A DNA stretch of 63,976 nucleotides, the filler included, from Basidioascus undulatus (lineage: Eukaryota): NCBI GenBank assembly GCA_000826855.1. It is 3 parts of 3 records of this genome, joined end to end, with 100 filler letters (N's around TTAATTAATTAA, not from the genome) between each part and the next. Parts side by side here need not be neighbours in the genome. Positions count along the whole stretch, not along the records: positions 1 to 21,720 come from JTLS01000322.1; positions 21,821 to 43,530 come from JTLS01000323.1; 1 more part is not named here. The stretch is one strand, 5' to 3'. Position 1 is the stretch's first letter. Every line of letters starts with the position of its first letter. The notes beneath the pieces are model-generated. The model made no database searches. It was not told the DNA's origin and saw nothing but the letters and a program-made list of their open reading frames with translations. Both the position numbers and the translations under genes were made by a program. Shown one piece after another: positions 12,801 through 25,667 of the stretch.

Positions 12801-13567
12801 CTACTGAAACGTGACGCGACGACGCACCTTCCGATGATTCGCACGATCCTGCTTCTGGTGCTCCAGTCCGCAGTAGAAGGCGCCTTTGCAAGCGCACGCT
12901 TTCGCGCAACGCAGCCCGCAAGCCTCGCAAGAAGAAGACTCCACCGGCAGCAGCATGGTCGACCCAATCGAGCTGGTTCTGCAGGGTGCGCTCGCCGAGC
13001 GGACCCCCGAAAGCTCGCGTGGCGATTTGATTGAGCTCGTCGGAGGACCGCTGGTCTGCCAGTTTGTTGGTGAGGCAGTTTCGCAAGACGAGGCGTGATA
13101 TGTGATCGAGCGGAGGGACCCCGCGGCAGTGCTCCCGAGATTGTATTGACAGTGTGGCTGTGCGGGTGGTCCGAAGAGGAGGGGAAGCTGGAAGAAGGGG
13201 ATGGGTTGAACCTGGTCGGTCTGCGCGGTAGAGGACAGCCAGCTCTTAAGGTCTGGGTCGTTCAAGCACGGGATGGCGATGCTGTTGTGAGTGGTTCGAG
13301 CAGATGGCGTGCAGAGGGCAATCGTGCAAACGAGGGTTGACGGTCACCTGGACGCCCAGCGTGGACTTCGCGAAGGCGTCGTTGAGGATCGACGAACACA
13401 AGCGGGCCTTCTTTGCTGTTGCTTCCTGGTCCTGTGCGGAAGACCACACTGGCATGAAGATTTCCAAATCGAGAGTGGGGGAGGAGAGCATCCTCAGGCC
13501 ACGCGACGAGCTGGCGGATGAGCTCGCCTGCTAGAGGAGCAGTGTGCGCCGCAGCACGGAGGAGCAC
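12801..13567 (-). pseudogene. MYND zinc-finger protein, probably degenerate
   Basis: CEACGLRCAKACACKGAFYCGLEHQKQDRANHRKVR matches zf-MYND, with the usual W and last C altered; upstream coding-like sequence is broken across frames. Confidence 0.55.
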
Positions 13568-14713
13568 GAAGTCCTGGTCGCAACGGCTACGACGACTTCG
13601 CCCGGCTTGAAACTATTGCGCAGAGGTCGTCAAATGGAGATTGGCCGAGACGAAGCCGTAGCACGATGGCCAGATCGAGACGAAGTCTTCGAGTGGTAAT
13701 TCGCTCTGCTTTTCACGAGGATCTATGCGGTCCACCCTGCCTGGGCGCCGTATTCTCGAAGCCAGCGCCTTCGGACTCTCACTCCGTTCAGAACGTCGCC
13801 ACACCGCTATTTGTGGCCTGCAAACATCATCCAGGCCGTAGAGGCGCTCTAGGCAGAGGGCGCGGCTAGCAAGAGTCGCGAGTGGTATTGAAAATCAGCG
13901 ATACAAAGTGGACGTGTGTGGATACTGGAGGTTGGCGCGAACAGTTCGAAATTGCCAAGCGGCATTCTGGGAGGCAACCGAGCTCCGATGCCAAGGACTT
14001 GGGCCACGATGTGTGGCAAAGCTGGCAGAGCTGCTGGAAGCGGAAACAGGCACTGTGAAAGTTGAAGACGACGTCTCGCCTAATCGTCTTGCTCTTGCAT
14101 ACAGCCACTGTGAAGTGCACGTGGCTGGGCCGACTTCTCAGAGTTAAGGTGTGTCGCTGAGAACAGAGAACGCATTTTCGGCCGACTTGGGCCAGCCACG
14201 AGAGCGCGAGCTGATTGAGGCGAGTCGAGGAAGTCGAGGCGCTCAGTCGTTCGAGCCTCGAAACCTTAACGGCTCTGGCATCTCACGAGCTCGCTCGCCC
14301 TCACCCATTCACTGCCAATGTTGAATAATCGCACATTCGCATTGGATAGGAACTTGTACTTAATGAACAGTACAACGCGACTGCTGGTGTGCGGGCGAGA
14401 CGCTGGCGTTCACGATGAGGCTGCCGTGAAAATCAACCGCCTGCCAACGTTCCACAGTTAGGAAGTGCCCGCCTCATTCAAAATGAATGTCCAATGAATG
14501 ACCGGCAAAAGTATAGAGCCGTGGGTTCTGAACACGGCACATGGAGGATCCACCAGGCGGCGACAGCAGGCGCTTCAGTGCATATGACAATGTAGATAGA
14601 ATGAAGTACGATAGAGCAAGCAAAAAATGCGACAAGCATGAGATTTCAAATCGAAGTGTACGGAAAATGTGGGCGAAGTGAATACAACAGAAAGGTACGT
14701 GTCCATCGTCGCT

Positions 14714-17700
14714 CTAGGAAGTGATCATGAACTGGAAAAGGTCCGCAAGGGGAACGAAGCCACGCCCGTTCTTGTCCATGAACCGCTGAACGGTGCGGTA
14801 AAGTTGGGTGAGGACGGGCCGGTTCTGCTCCGCAAGCGCAGAAACTTCGTCTGTACCGAGAGAGTCGAGCAGCGTTAGCGAAGACTACAAACGAAAAAAA
14901 AGAAGCGCAGCCGACTGCACGTACCGAAGCGGGCCGTGCCTGCGGCGGACGAGATGGCGCGGTTGGTGTCGAAAAGCGTGCGGAAGAAGAGAAGTTGGTT
15001 GTAGAGCTTTTGGTCGTCATACTGTGATCGGACAAGCAGGAGGTCAGTCGCGCTGAACATGAACTGGAGAGACAACTTGCAGCGGAGACGAACCTCATAG
15101 CGCATCGAGCCTCGGCAGCCGTTGGCCAAGCATCGCCTGCCGTACACGCTCATCATGCGTGATCGGTTGCCGCACGACGGGTCGTCGCAGACGAGCATGC
15201 CGTCGTAGTACTTTGCGATGTGCGCCCGGATCTGCAGCTCGAGCTGCGTCGCCACCGAGCCCAGGGCGTACGGAGACGAGCAGGCCGGGCAGGCCAGGCC
15301 TGATGGCTTGATGACGCCGGTCTACAAACCAAAGGAGAATGATTAGTCTTCAGGTTGTAAAGAAGAGGGACAGCGGATCGTACAGCATCGTTGCTCAGGC
15401 CGCCGAATGCGAGCGTGACATCGCAGGAGCGGCAGCGCAGTGCGAAGGGCGTCGCCTCGCGGAAGCGCTCCTTGTCCGACAGCTGCGACTGAAGGGTGTG
15501 GAACTCGCGTTCAACGTCGTGCGTGCCGCTCGAAGTCTGGAAGCGCGTCGGATCAAGGCCTGATGGGGTCACCTGGTGATCAGCAATTTGCAGTGCGGTG
15601 AGAACGCTGCGGCGGAAACGGACCGAGGCATTCTGCCAATCGTGCGCGGTCCGTGCCGTCGATGGACTCGCACAGACGCTCGACTGGAGGCAGGACTTGC
15701 AAAGAAAGGTACTGCTCGAAGTCTGCTCTCTCACCCTGTTAGCAGGCGATCGCAGGCCGTGCGTGCATGAGAACAGACACACCGATCTTCAGCTGCGAGT
15801 CCTTGCGCCGCAGGTCGTCCGGGTGGTACGCGTTGTCGGCCTTGGCAGTCTTGCTCGTCTGGCCGTCCTCGCCCAGGCAGAAGACATATGGGATGACGTC
15901 ACCCGCGCGAGCGTGCCCGCCCTTCGCCTTGAGGCGGAGCGCGACCTGGACGTGCGGCTGGCTCTTCGCGTCCGGGTAGTCCTCAGGTTGTTTACCGAGA
16001 CGCTGAAAGAAGGACGTAGCGCGTCAGTCCACGTTATCGATGCAAGGTCGAGATTGAATAGAGAACGTACCTTGTTGATGATGAAATCGTCCAGCGGGAT
16101 CTTGCCGCCGCGAACGTCCTCGCCGACGGTTCGGAGGTACTCGTGGATGCGCTCGACGACAGTCTCGGTGGCCTCGCCGGACAAGATCTGCTGGAGGACG
16201 TAGCTGTTGGAGGCAAAAGAGAGAAGCGTAAGCCAAAACCGCACAGCTACAATGCGAGCGATGCCACACGCACTTCGAGACGTTCTTCGACAGCACCGAG
16301 TACTCGCGGCGTTTCATGTCGAGACCCTTGACCTCGGTGGAGATCGAGCCGTCCTCCTCGACCTTGACGGCGGCGTACTTCTTCTTCTGGAGGAGGAGCA
16401 AGCGCTGGAAGACGCCGTCGAGGTCGATCTCGAGGAGCTTGTACCGCTCGTTCACGTGCTTCTTGAACTCGTTCGCGACCTTGAGCGCCTCGTCGTAGTT
16501 GAGCTCGTTCGAGTTCACGAAGACCGAGTCAGTGTCGCCGTAGACGACCTGCAGCAGAAAGCAAAGCAGTTAATTCGGGACAGTCCGACAGCCAGGTAGT
16601 GAGAGGAGGGGAGTGGAACGGAAGGTGCGTACGTCAAGCTGCATGCTCTCCGCGAGTTCGCGCGTGTGCGTGAGGATCTCGCGTCCCTTGAATGTCGTGA
16701 GGGCGGCGAGCGGGCGAGCGTAGAACCGCGAGCCCTCGAAGCCGAGACAGCCGTACATCGAGTTGGCGGTGAGCTTGAGCGCCTTCTGGCGGATGTCGAG
16801 CTGGAGATCACGCAGAAAAAGCTCAGCCACCCGTGACAAGGAGTAGGTAGGAATGGAGAGAGAAATGCGCACCTGAAGAAGCTGCGCAGGCGTCGCTTTC
16901 TTGTCCTTCATGAGGCCCTTGACCTGCCTGCGGCGGTTGACGAGCGTGGCGATAAGCCGGGGAAGGACGCCCTGCTTGATGTCCGACGACGGAACGTCCG
17001 GCATCTTCTCCTCGCCGTCCTGCTCATCATCCACGTGTAGTCAGCTCTCCGCTCGCTCCTGCCACAGCAGACCAAGCGCAAGAGAGCGGCACGCACCCCG
17101 TCCTGCTCGTCCAGCCGGTCGACAGTCGTGAAGTCGATGTTGAACTCCTGGATGATGCTCGGGTAGAGCGAGTTGAAGTCCATGACGAGGATGAACTTGT
17201 CCCAGAGCCCGCGCTTGGGCTCGAACACGAGGCCGCCCTTGTACTTGTCCTTCTTGCCGCCCTTCTTGCCGCCGCCGTCCTCGCCGCGCTCGGCAGCCGC
17301 CTCCGCCGCGGCGGCCTTCTTGTCCCACTTGTTGAGCTTGTCGGGGCAGACGTACTTCTGCCGATGGAACTCGTGCAGCAGAATGTACTCGTTGCGCTCG
17401 GCGCGACCGCCTGTGAGAGTACGGCCCCTGTGAAACCGAGCAAACAGGTTAAACCGACCCCTTTTTACGAGACACGAGAAGGCGTGTGACGAACCAGGAG
17501 TTTCCGGCGAGGTTGGTGAGTTGGCGGGTGAGCGGGAGGATCTGGACCTTGGAGACAATGGCCATCTGGAAGAACGTGTCGATCTCGCAGTGCTTGACGA
17601 AGTGGAGCAGGCGGTCCGGGCTCGTCGCGTAGTGGTCGAAGAACCCGGCCGTGTCGTCCGGGTCGATATCCTCGCGCTGGATCTTGAGGTGCGTGCCGCA

Positions 17701-20558
17701 CATCTCGGTCAGCGACCACGTCGTCGAGGCGATCATGCCCTACACCCCAAAAAGCCAGGCATCAGCGACCGCATACTTGGAAAGAATATCGAGAGGGAGG
17801 GGGAGGAGGATGGTCCGCACCTTGGCGTTGTCGGACGACAGGTCGCAGATGAGGCGCCCGGTCAAGATGAGCTTGTTCCGCCCGAACTTCGTCCGCGGCC
17901 ACTTGTCGCGGCGGACGCGGCCGATGCGCGACCAGTTGGAGATCTTGTGGTCCGCCATGCGCGTGAGGATCACGTCGAGCGTGTCGCCGAGGAGGTCGTG
18001 CCCGATGATCACGTCCGGGTCGTGCTTCTGGACGATGGCTGGCGGGAACCAAACACGCACGTAAGCGCAGCACGGTCATGAGGAAAGGGCCTTGGGGAAA
18101 AGGAAGGAAGGGGAGAGACGAAGACGAACCGAGGAGGTTGCTGAGCAGGTTCTTCTCGTTCCGCGCAGGTTCGATCTTGCTCCGCTCCTGGCGGGCCTTC
18201 ATCTCAAACCCGGGTGGGAACATCCCGAGGGGTCTGACGACCGTGTGGCTGCTCGACGGCTGCTTCTCGGGCGGTGTTGGGTCCTCAAGGTTGACTGTAA
18301 GATAGCCCAGCGATTGTTCAGATGAGGTCCAGTTTGCGTCTCTCTCCCTAACTCGGCAGGCTCACCGTCCGTCCACGTCCGCGCAGTCGCACAGACGACC
18401 TCGCGGTTGTTGTTCTGGTGGTTGACGATCGATCGCGCCGAGAGGGACATGATCGTGAGCGGCGGGGCGTCCTTCGGCGCCTCCGCGTCTGTCTCGGCGA
18501 AGGGGTTGACGTTCTTGGGTTCGCGAACGATGAACTGGTGTTTGCACCACGTGCTCTGCATGCATGAAGCCAAGTCAGCAGCGTGCCCCCGGAACCAAGG
18601 GAAGAGGATGAGGATGGGATAGGAGGGTGAAAGAACTTACGCCCTTGAGATGCACGTCCGCCTCTTCGATCTTGAGCCAGCAGGGGCCCATGATCTTGCG
18701 CTTGAGGACGAGGAGCTCGAACGGCGAGGTGTTGGTCCCGAAGACGAGCGAGAACGTCTTGCCCGACGCGCCGAGAGGGATCTGGGGTTCTGTTGGTCCT
18801 CCGCGTGTCTCTGAGTCAGTATTGCATTTCTGGAGAGGTGAAACAGCAGGAAGTGGAAGCAAGGAGAAGGCGACGGACGATCAAACGAGTAGACGACCTT
18901 GAGCCACTCGGACTCGCCCTGCGGGACGCCCTTCTCCTCGAACGCGTACTTGCGGTTCACGAACTTTGCGGCCCACGTCTTGATCTTTGCCTTCTGGCGG
19001 AGGCCGTCGAACTCGGCGTGGATCTCTCCGCGCTCGGGCGGCTCGGATGTCTCGTTGCCGGAGTCGTCTGCAATCACACATCGACATCAGCATTGCACTC
19101 CCAAGGCGGGTGGGGGAAAGAAAGAGTAAACGCACCGAGCGCATACGGCCTGGGAAGGACGAACAGGTTCCGCTCGATGCCGTCGACGGTGACGCTCGCG
19201 CTCGTCCACTTCTTGCGCTCGGGGTCGAAGACCTTGCCAAACAAGATGACCTTTCCCGCGTCCTCGAGGTAGTCGAACCAGTAAAGGTGGACGGACCCGT
19301 CGTCCTGATAGATGGGCGAGTCGGTCGGGCTGCCCGCGCGCTCGTACGGCGTCGCAGCCTCCGCGGCCTTGGGGGACAGGGATGGGGACGCCTGGAGGGA
19401 CTCGTGGATCGCGAGCCAGGCGCGCGGGGGCTCGGCCTTTGGCTTGGTCGGGGAGGGTGCGGCGGAGGGAAGGGCGAGGGAGAGGCCTGCGTTCCCGGGG
19501 GGCGGAGGGGACTCCTTCTTGACTGCCGGCGGGGGGGCGGGCTTGACGGCTTTGGAGGAGACGGCGTTGACACGCGGGCGCGGTCCGGTCGTCGCGGCCC
19601 TCAGCGGCGCGCGGACACTGAACCCGTCGGCCTCGTCCTCCGCGTCCTCCTCCTCCTTCTTGACCGGCTCGTCCATCGTCATCGCGTCGCCGAAATCAAA
19701 CTCGAGCCCGCCGTCCGAGATCGGCTCGTCGGCAGCGCGCACCGTCGCCTCGCTTAGGCGCAGCTTCTTGGCCGGGCTCGAGAGCGCGCCGAGGTCGAGT
19801 TTCCTGCGCGCGCGGCTCGCAAAGCTGTCGTCCGAGCTCGGGTGCTCGGGCGGGTCCGAGGACAGCCCCGTACTGTACCCGCTCCCGGACGCGGACGCCG
19901 CAGAGCGGTACGACCTGTACGACGACGTCGGCGGCTTCTTGATGGTGGGGGGCGCGGCGGGCGCGGAGGGGTCGTCGAGGTTGGAGAGGAGCGAGGAGAG
20001 AAAGTCGTCTGCCTTTTCGGACGAGACTTCTTTGCGGTACGGGTTGACGCTCGGCGCAGCGGCAGCGGCGGCGGCGGGCTTGCTGGCGGAGCGCGCAAAG
20101 TACGCTCCGAGCGACTCGGACGCCTTGACCTTTGTCTTTGCGGACTTCTTGGACTTGCGGCGTTTGGGCTGGTCTGTGGGAGGGGGGTGTTCAGACGCGT
20201 CGCCCCTCCGCGAACCCAAGGGGAAGAAAGCGCACCCTGGTCCTCCTCGCTGTTCTCCTGCTCAACCTCGTTGTCCCAGTCGTCCATGCCGTTGTCGACG
20301 TAGCCCGAGCCATCGTCGTCCTCGATAAAGTCGTCGCGGGCAAGGCGGCCCTTGACGATGTTCTTGTACTTGTCCTCGTCGACGACGTCAAAGATGTCCT
20401 CCTCCTCAGTGGCCTGCGGGGTGGGTGTGTGACTAAAGAATGGATGGATTGGATTGAGAAGGGACGGGGACGGGGACGGCGGGCACCTTCCACTGCTTTG
20501 CGCGACCGCCCTGGGCGCGTGCGGCGCGGAGCTGGGCGAGGCGGTCCTTGGAGCTCAT
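14714..20558 (-). CDS. POL1: DNA polymerase alpha catalytic subunit
   Basis: N-terminal [119 protein letters not shown]-terminal Cys clusters; stop TAG at 14714-14716. Confidence 0.97.
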
Positions 20559-20697
20559 GGGGTGCGGAGACTGCTGTGGGGGTATATGCGTGTGATGCGG
20601 TATGAAAAGGGATAGGACAATGTAGGGGGCTGAGAGGGAGGATGGGAGGGTGAGCGGAGGATGAGGATGAGGATGAGGGTGGAAGGGGAAGAGGCAG

Positions 20698-20752
20698 ACA
20701 CGCGAGACGCGTCGAAATGAAAGTCGAGCGGGGCGCGTCGCGGTCGCGTTCA
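20698..20752. promoter_or_regulatory. Cluster of MCB-like (ACGCGT/CGCG) G1/S elements in the POL1 / Pol eta divergent promoter
   Basis: acgcga, acgcgt (20707-20712), gcgcgt and tcgcgt within ~55 bp, ~150 bp upstream of the POL1 ATG. Confidence 0.65.
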
Positions 20753-21011
20753 GCCGTTGGGCGTGGGCTGCGTAGGACTCGCTCGATCTTCGTTCTTTTC
20801 CTCAGGCTGCATGTTGGCAGAATGCAGAACTGTTTTCTACTTTTCTAACTGTTCTAGAGTGATATCATCCACAAGGCATTCCGAGTACTCAAGTCTCCAA
20901 CTCTTCCGCTGACGGTGCGATTCCCACGGGGGCGCGATATCTCCTTCCCCTCCCTGTTCCTGCGTTCGAAGTCGCTCGCTGCCTTCTTTGGTTTCTTTCT
21001 CGAGCACGACG

Positions 21012-21720
21012 ATGTCCGACGCACCAACAGCATCGACCTCATCCCACCCGCCATTCTCTCACGCGCACGCTCCATCGCAGCCAGCGCCCACAGTCACCTA
21101 CCGCCATCTCCTTTCCCCGCAGACCCTCAACCCGAGCAACCCGCTCAGAGTCGTTGCGCACGCGGATCTGGATGCGGGTGCGACTCGATGCTTAGTTTAG
21201 TGCAGGAGATGTTGAGAGCTGAGTGTAGTTAGGGGAACGCAGCCTACGCCCAGTTCGAGCGCAAGCGCCTCAGCCTTGGCCCCGAGAGCCCCATCGTCGT
21301 CCAGCAGTGGCAGGGCCTCATAGCCATCTCGTACCCCGCGCGGGCGTATGGGATCACCCGACATGAGAATGTGACTGAGGTGTGCTTTACCCTTTCTCTT
21401 TCCTCTCATCTCTATTTCCCGCTAGTGCTCAGATCAGGGATGGTGTGCAGGCCCGCAAGAAGTGCCCCGACCTCGTCGCGGTGCATGTCGCGACGTACAA
21501 GCAGGGTGCGAGGGAGGCCGGGTACTGGGACGAAACGCCCAGGCCGGAGACGCACAAGGTGGGTTATCCTTACATGCTTGGAGATGCTGTACCTGTGCTG
21601 AAGGGGAGGAACCCGCAGGTCTCCCTCGACCCCTACCGCCGCGAAGGCGCCAAAGTGCTCAAGTGCTTCCAAGAGACCTTCCCCTCCTCGCTCGACATCT
21701 GGACTGTGTTGACCGCCCTT
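21012..21720 (+). CDS. RAD30: Y-family DNA polymerase eta, N-terminal part, truncated by contig end
   Basis: NPLRVVAHADLDA|AYAQFE, PIVVQQWQGLIAISYPARAYGITRH, ARKKCPDLVAVHVATY, THKVSLDPYRREG. Confidence 0.9.
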
Positions 21721-21820
21721 NNNNNNNNNNNNNNNNNNNNNNNNNNNNNNNNNNNNNNNNNNNNTTAATTAATTAANNNNNNNNNNNNNNNNNNNNNNNN
21801 NNNNNNNNNNNNNNNNNNNN
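21721..21820. other. Artificial contig linker (N44-TTAATTAATTAA-N44)
   Basis: N runs flanking a six-frame stop spacer; identical to the one at 43531-43630. Confidence 0.97.
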
Positions 21821-22679
21821 GATGCGGGTAATGGTGTGGGGCAAGAGGACAAGAAGCGGAGGAGGGGGAAGAGGAGGGGGTGGACCGAAGTATAAGGGAG
21901 GTTATGGGAGGAGGTAGATGGTGGGAGAGGATGGGTGATTTCGTTATGCAGACCTTTGGATGAAAGCTGGGCGTTTGGGGGTTTGCGAGGGGTGAGGGTG
22001 AGGGGTGAGCGAGGCATGACCGGAGTGGTCGCGGATTGAGTAGTCTTGCGTCAGACGACGTGCATCAGACGCGATATCGACGTGCGCTTTGGATGCCTCA
22101 GGAGCGGCAGTGAACCGCTCACAGTCCGAAGGGACGATTGCAGTCGTCGCAACATCTCGCCCTCACAGCCACCACCCATTCCACCTTTCGTCTGATTGCT
22201 GATCATGCTGTGGTATTCCGATTGAATGTATCTCATGTTACGCCACGCAAGGGTGCAGGTGCGTTGCGAGTCTGGTAGACCGCACCCACATCAGCGCAGC
22301 AGCGCCTTCGAGTGCGTGAAGTGGATGTAGGCAAGAAGCATGCGCTGCATGGCACGAGCCCAAGAATTATACAACAGTCAAGAAATCCTCCCATACTCTA
22401 CCTTTCTCCTTAGTTCGTCCGGTTCATGGCGTCCTCAAGGCTCGCCGCCGGCTCCCAGTCCCACACCTCGCCCCTTTTCAGCATGTTCCATACCCACGTC
22501 CATTCGAGGTGCACCCTCTCCAACGGATCCGTGATCATGTACCCGGCAACGAAGCGGACCGACATCTTGATAGGGAGACTCTGCATGGTAGCCCACGCGT
22601 CAGGGGTTGGATGTGATGAACAGGACACGTGCTCAGAGCCGGAAGCTGGCGAAGAGCGGAAGCGAGCGTCCGCCCCTCA

Positions 22680-23315
22680 TTAGAGAGCTTTGGATAGGCT
22701 AGGATCAGCTGCTTGAAAGAGGTGTAGCCGGCGTCTTGCGTTGGGGGGCAGCTGGAAGCTTGAAGTCCTGGACGCAGAGTCGCTCGAGGCGAGCAACGGA
22801 GTATGTGAAAAAGTTGGGTTTGAGTCGCGAGTTCGCTCCCGCCTTGCGTCTCTTCTATTGGTAGGTTGAGGCGGGTTGGAAATCAACACAAGCTCCGAAA
22901 GTTCTAGTGACCGAAGGGGGTTGAACGATCGGTTAAGCAGTCCTTCGTGCCAAGACATGAAGGCAGAGCTTGTCGCTCAGCGCAAGACGACGCACAGAGC
23001 CGTGCGTAGCTTCCAGGAGCTGAGCGAACTCCCGAAGCTCGTGTTGCTCATGCCCCAGAAGTCAGGCGCCGCGGTGACTCCGAAGGACTGCAGGCGAGGA
23101 CAGCGCCAGGCCAGGGTAACAAGCGATGGCGCGGACTATACAATCGTGTGGTGAAGGACGGGGAGCGTGGCAGTATGGACATCCCAAGAGACCTGGGTGA
23201 ACATGAGGAGAGCTTTGAGAACCTCGGGGGCGTGCCCGTAGGCGAGCGGGTGAGCGGGCTGCCCAAGCATTGAGACGATGTGCGCGATCACGTCGAAAGG
23301 AAGAGTTATAGGCAT
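22680..23315 (-). pseudogene. Degenerate F-box-like gene (3' extent uncertain)
   Basis: MPITLPFDVIAHIVSML..LKALLMFTQVSWDVH..LHHTIV resembles a fungal F-box N-terminus and is followed by in-frame stops; CPRLQSF and LRSLEL are LRR-like. Confidence 0.45.
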
Positions 23316-23796
23316 GGCTGGATTAAGTTTGGACGAAAAGGCTCTGGAGTTTTGAGGATTATGAAGGTGGGTAATTGAGGAAGACTTGAAGGAGGAACGG
23401 GGGTGCTGAAGAGGGCTCAGAACGGCAAATTTTCAAGGGGTACATACTACAGAGGGACGTCGGCCGACGCACGGCACACTGACACCACGCGGTGCATGAT
23501 TTGCAGTGACTGCACTGACAGGCTGGGCACACGGAACAATAATTGACATATTGGTCAGAACGTTGCTTGCAACGGAAGGTTCGGCAAGAGGGCGCTGCAA
23601 GTCTCCTGAGCGTGTCTTGGGTTATTCACAGATTCAAACAGTTGATCAAACCCGTCTTCAGAGCAGGGACTGCATAAGAGGCCAGAGAGACTCAGCTTTC
23701 CAAATAATCATCTCTTCATTATCTTCACTAATCACTACTACTACTTTACGGCGGCACTTACACACTCGTTTGTCCGACACACACTCTCCATCCACC

Positions 23797-23907
23797 ATGC
23801 ACACTACCACCATCGTCGTCATTCTAGCCCTCTTCGCGGCCAGCGCTGTCGTCGCGGCTCCGGCGCCTCAGAGCGACATCGAGGACGTTCTGGCCGGATC
23901 CAGATGA
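23797..23907 (+). CDS. Small secreted peptide or first exon of a decayed small secreted protein
   Basis: CCACCATG context; MHTTTIVVILALFAASAVVAAPAPQSDIEDVLAGSR*, a signal peptide plus APAPQ; TATA-like cataagagg at ~23673. Confidence 0.5.
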   Translation: MHTTTIVVILALFAASAVVAAPAPQSDIEDVLAGSR

Positions 23908-24634
23908 TTCACCCGTATACATTTGGTTGTCATTCACGAAAGCCGGTCTCAGAACTTTCATACATCTTCACATGAAGCTGAAAGAAAGATCGCCGAGACA
24001 GACGGAACATCTGTACTTGCGAAGACACACCTTGCAAATTTTCAGTTCGCTCCCTTCTGCTGTCAGCACTTCGTTCACAACAACCAGTCCTGCCTCCTCA
24101 ATAAGCACTTCATGGCAGGAAGATTCAATTGACCTTCAATCTCGCTGCTGGTCAATGTCAGCAAAGCCGCAGCTCGAAGCACCGTAAAGTGGTGCTGTGC
24201 AAAACTGCATTCCCGCACCGGCATGTGGCGGTGGACGCCCAAGCACCGCATCGCGCTGCGCCTGTAGTACTCAACCCCTTCCATCCCCCTTACCCCCTTA
24301 TCTTCAAACATACAACGGTAACCTCCTCAGCAAACGTAGCAGAAAGAAACGCTCTGGAACGCAGCGACGCTGTGTGGAGGGCTGCCACAATTGTCGGCGG
24401 TCATGGGAGTGCCATCACTGCGAGCGCCTGTTCAAATCCTGTTGCTCACCTTCCTCACATGACTTGACACTTGAGCCGGCTTCGGTCATTGCAGCGCCCT
24501 TATCGTCCACTCACACCTCTGCCATTATACGAAAGCAGATCCAATAACTGCTTGATACGAGACCGCGCTTCGCAGCAAGCAATCAGTTGAACATCCTCGC
24601 AGCCTCAACGCCTACGCCTGCCCCAGAAGCGAAC

Positions 24635-25332
24635 ATGTCGTCCGCATTCTTCGAAGGCGAGCGTGAGAGGGCAATCGCGATGCGCCGCCGCTCAGCGGGG
24701 CCTTGCACCTCTAGTCGATGGAGCGACAACGAGCTGTGTTCCCTGAGCGGTGCGCCCTATCCATCTTCCTGCACGCCCCACTCTCTCGCAGCGCTCACCC
24801 TTTTCCCACAGACCTCCCCTCCTCCCCTCCCTCCCACTCGCAAAGGCACTGCAGGATCTGCCTCACACTCGAGTCCAACGCCGTCCTCCTCCCCTGCGCG
24901 CACCTCTGCCTCTGCACCGCCTGCGCAACGCAGCTCTTCCTCCTCTCCTCCTCCTCCTCCCCGCCGCGCAACATCCCCGCATATGCCCTCCGCACGGCGC
25001 GCCTGTCACCCTCGCGCTTGGGGAGCGCGCTGGTCGGGTCGGCGGAGGAGGGCGGGGAGGTCGAGCCTGCTGAGCTGCTGCGGCGGGGGATCGCAGGGCT
25101 CAGCTTGCGGGGGGCGGAGGAGGAGGAGGAGGAGCGGGAGCGGGAGGAGACGCGCAAGGCGAGGTTGAGAAGGTTTGAGGGGAGCCGGGGAGAGAGCGAG
25201 GGAGACAGTTCCGCGAGCTCGCCGGACGACGGGCGGCGGGTCATGGACGACGACGACGGCGCGCCGCTCTTGCCGAGGTGTCCGCTGTGTCGCGGGAGGA
25301 CGGTGAAGTTCTTGAGGGTCTATCGCGGGTGA
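24635..25332 (+). CDS. C3HC4 RING-finger protein (putative E3 ligase) with large intra-RING insertion
   Basis: Exon 1 24635-24749, exon 2 from 24812; CRICLTLESNAVLLPCAHLCLCTACA ... CPLCRGRTVKFLRVYRG*. Confidence 0.75.
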
Positions 25333-25667
25333 TATGTAGGTCGGCGAGTGTGCGGTCGGGACGACCGCCCGCCCTGGTGGTCTCTTGATGACGACATATT
25401 GTCGTTTAACTCCCCAACTATCAACCATGCGCTTCTGCTTGCTTCTGTTATTTGGAAGCAAGTCTCGAACCGCCCAAGCGCAGTCAGCGCGCACCCAGAA
25501 GAGCACAGCCGAGGCGAAAAAAATGCACTTTGTGTCCACCTCCCCGCTCTCCCTTCCTCCCTGCTCCCCTCTCCTCCCCCCACCCTCCCGAGCAATAATC
25601 GTACATACACACGCCGCACACACACGCCTGCTCCTCTCGTGCCCACCGTGCAGTCCCCAGCGAAGCG

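Noticed and set aside
18987..20328. Long plus-strand ORFs opposite POL1 (and similar ones opposite SEN2, RIB5, RPL15)
   Set aside because: Antisense open frames caused by high GC3 codon bias.
21765..21776. TTAATTAATTAA palindrome inside N runs (also 43575-43586)
   Set aside because: Synthetic six-frame-stop linker, not biology.
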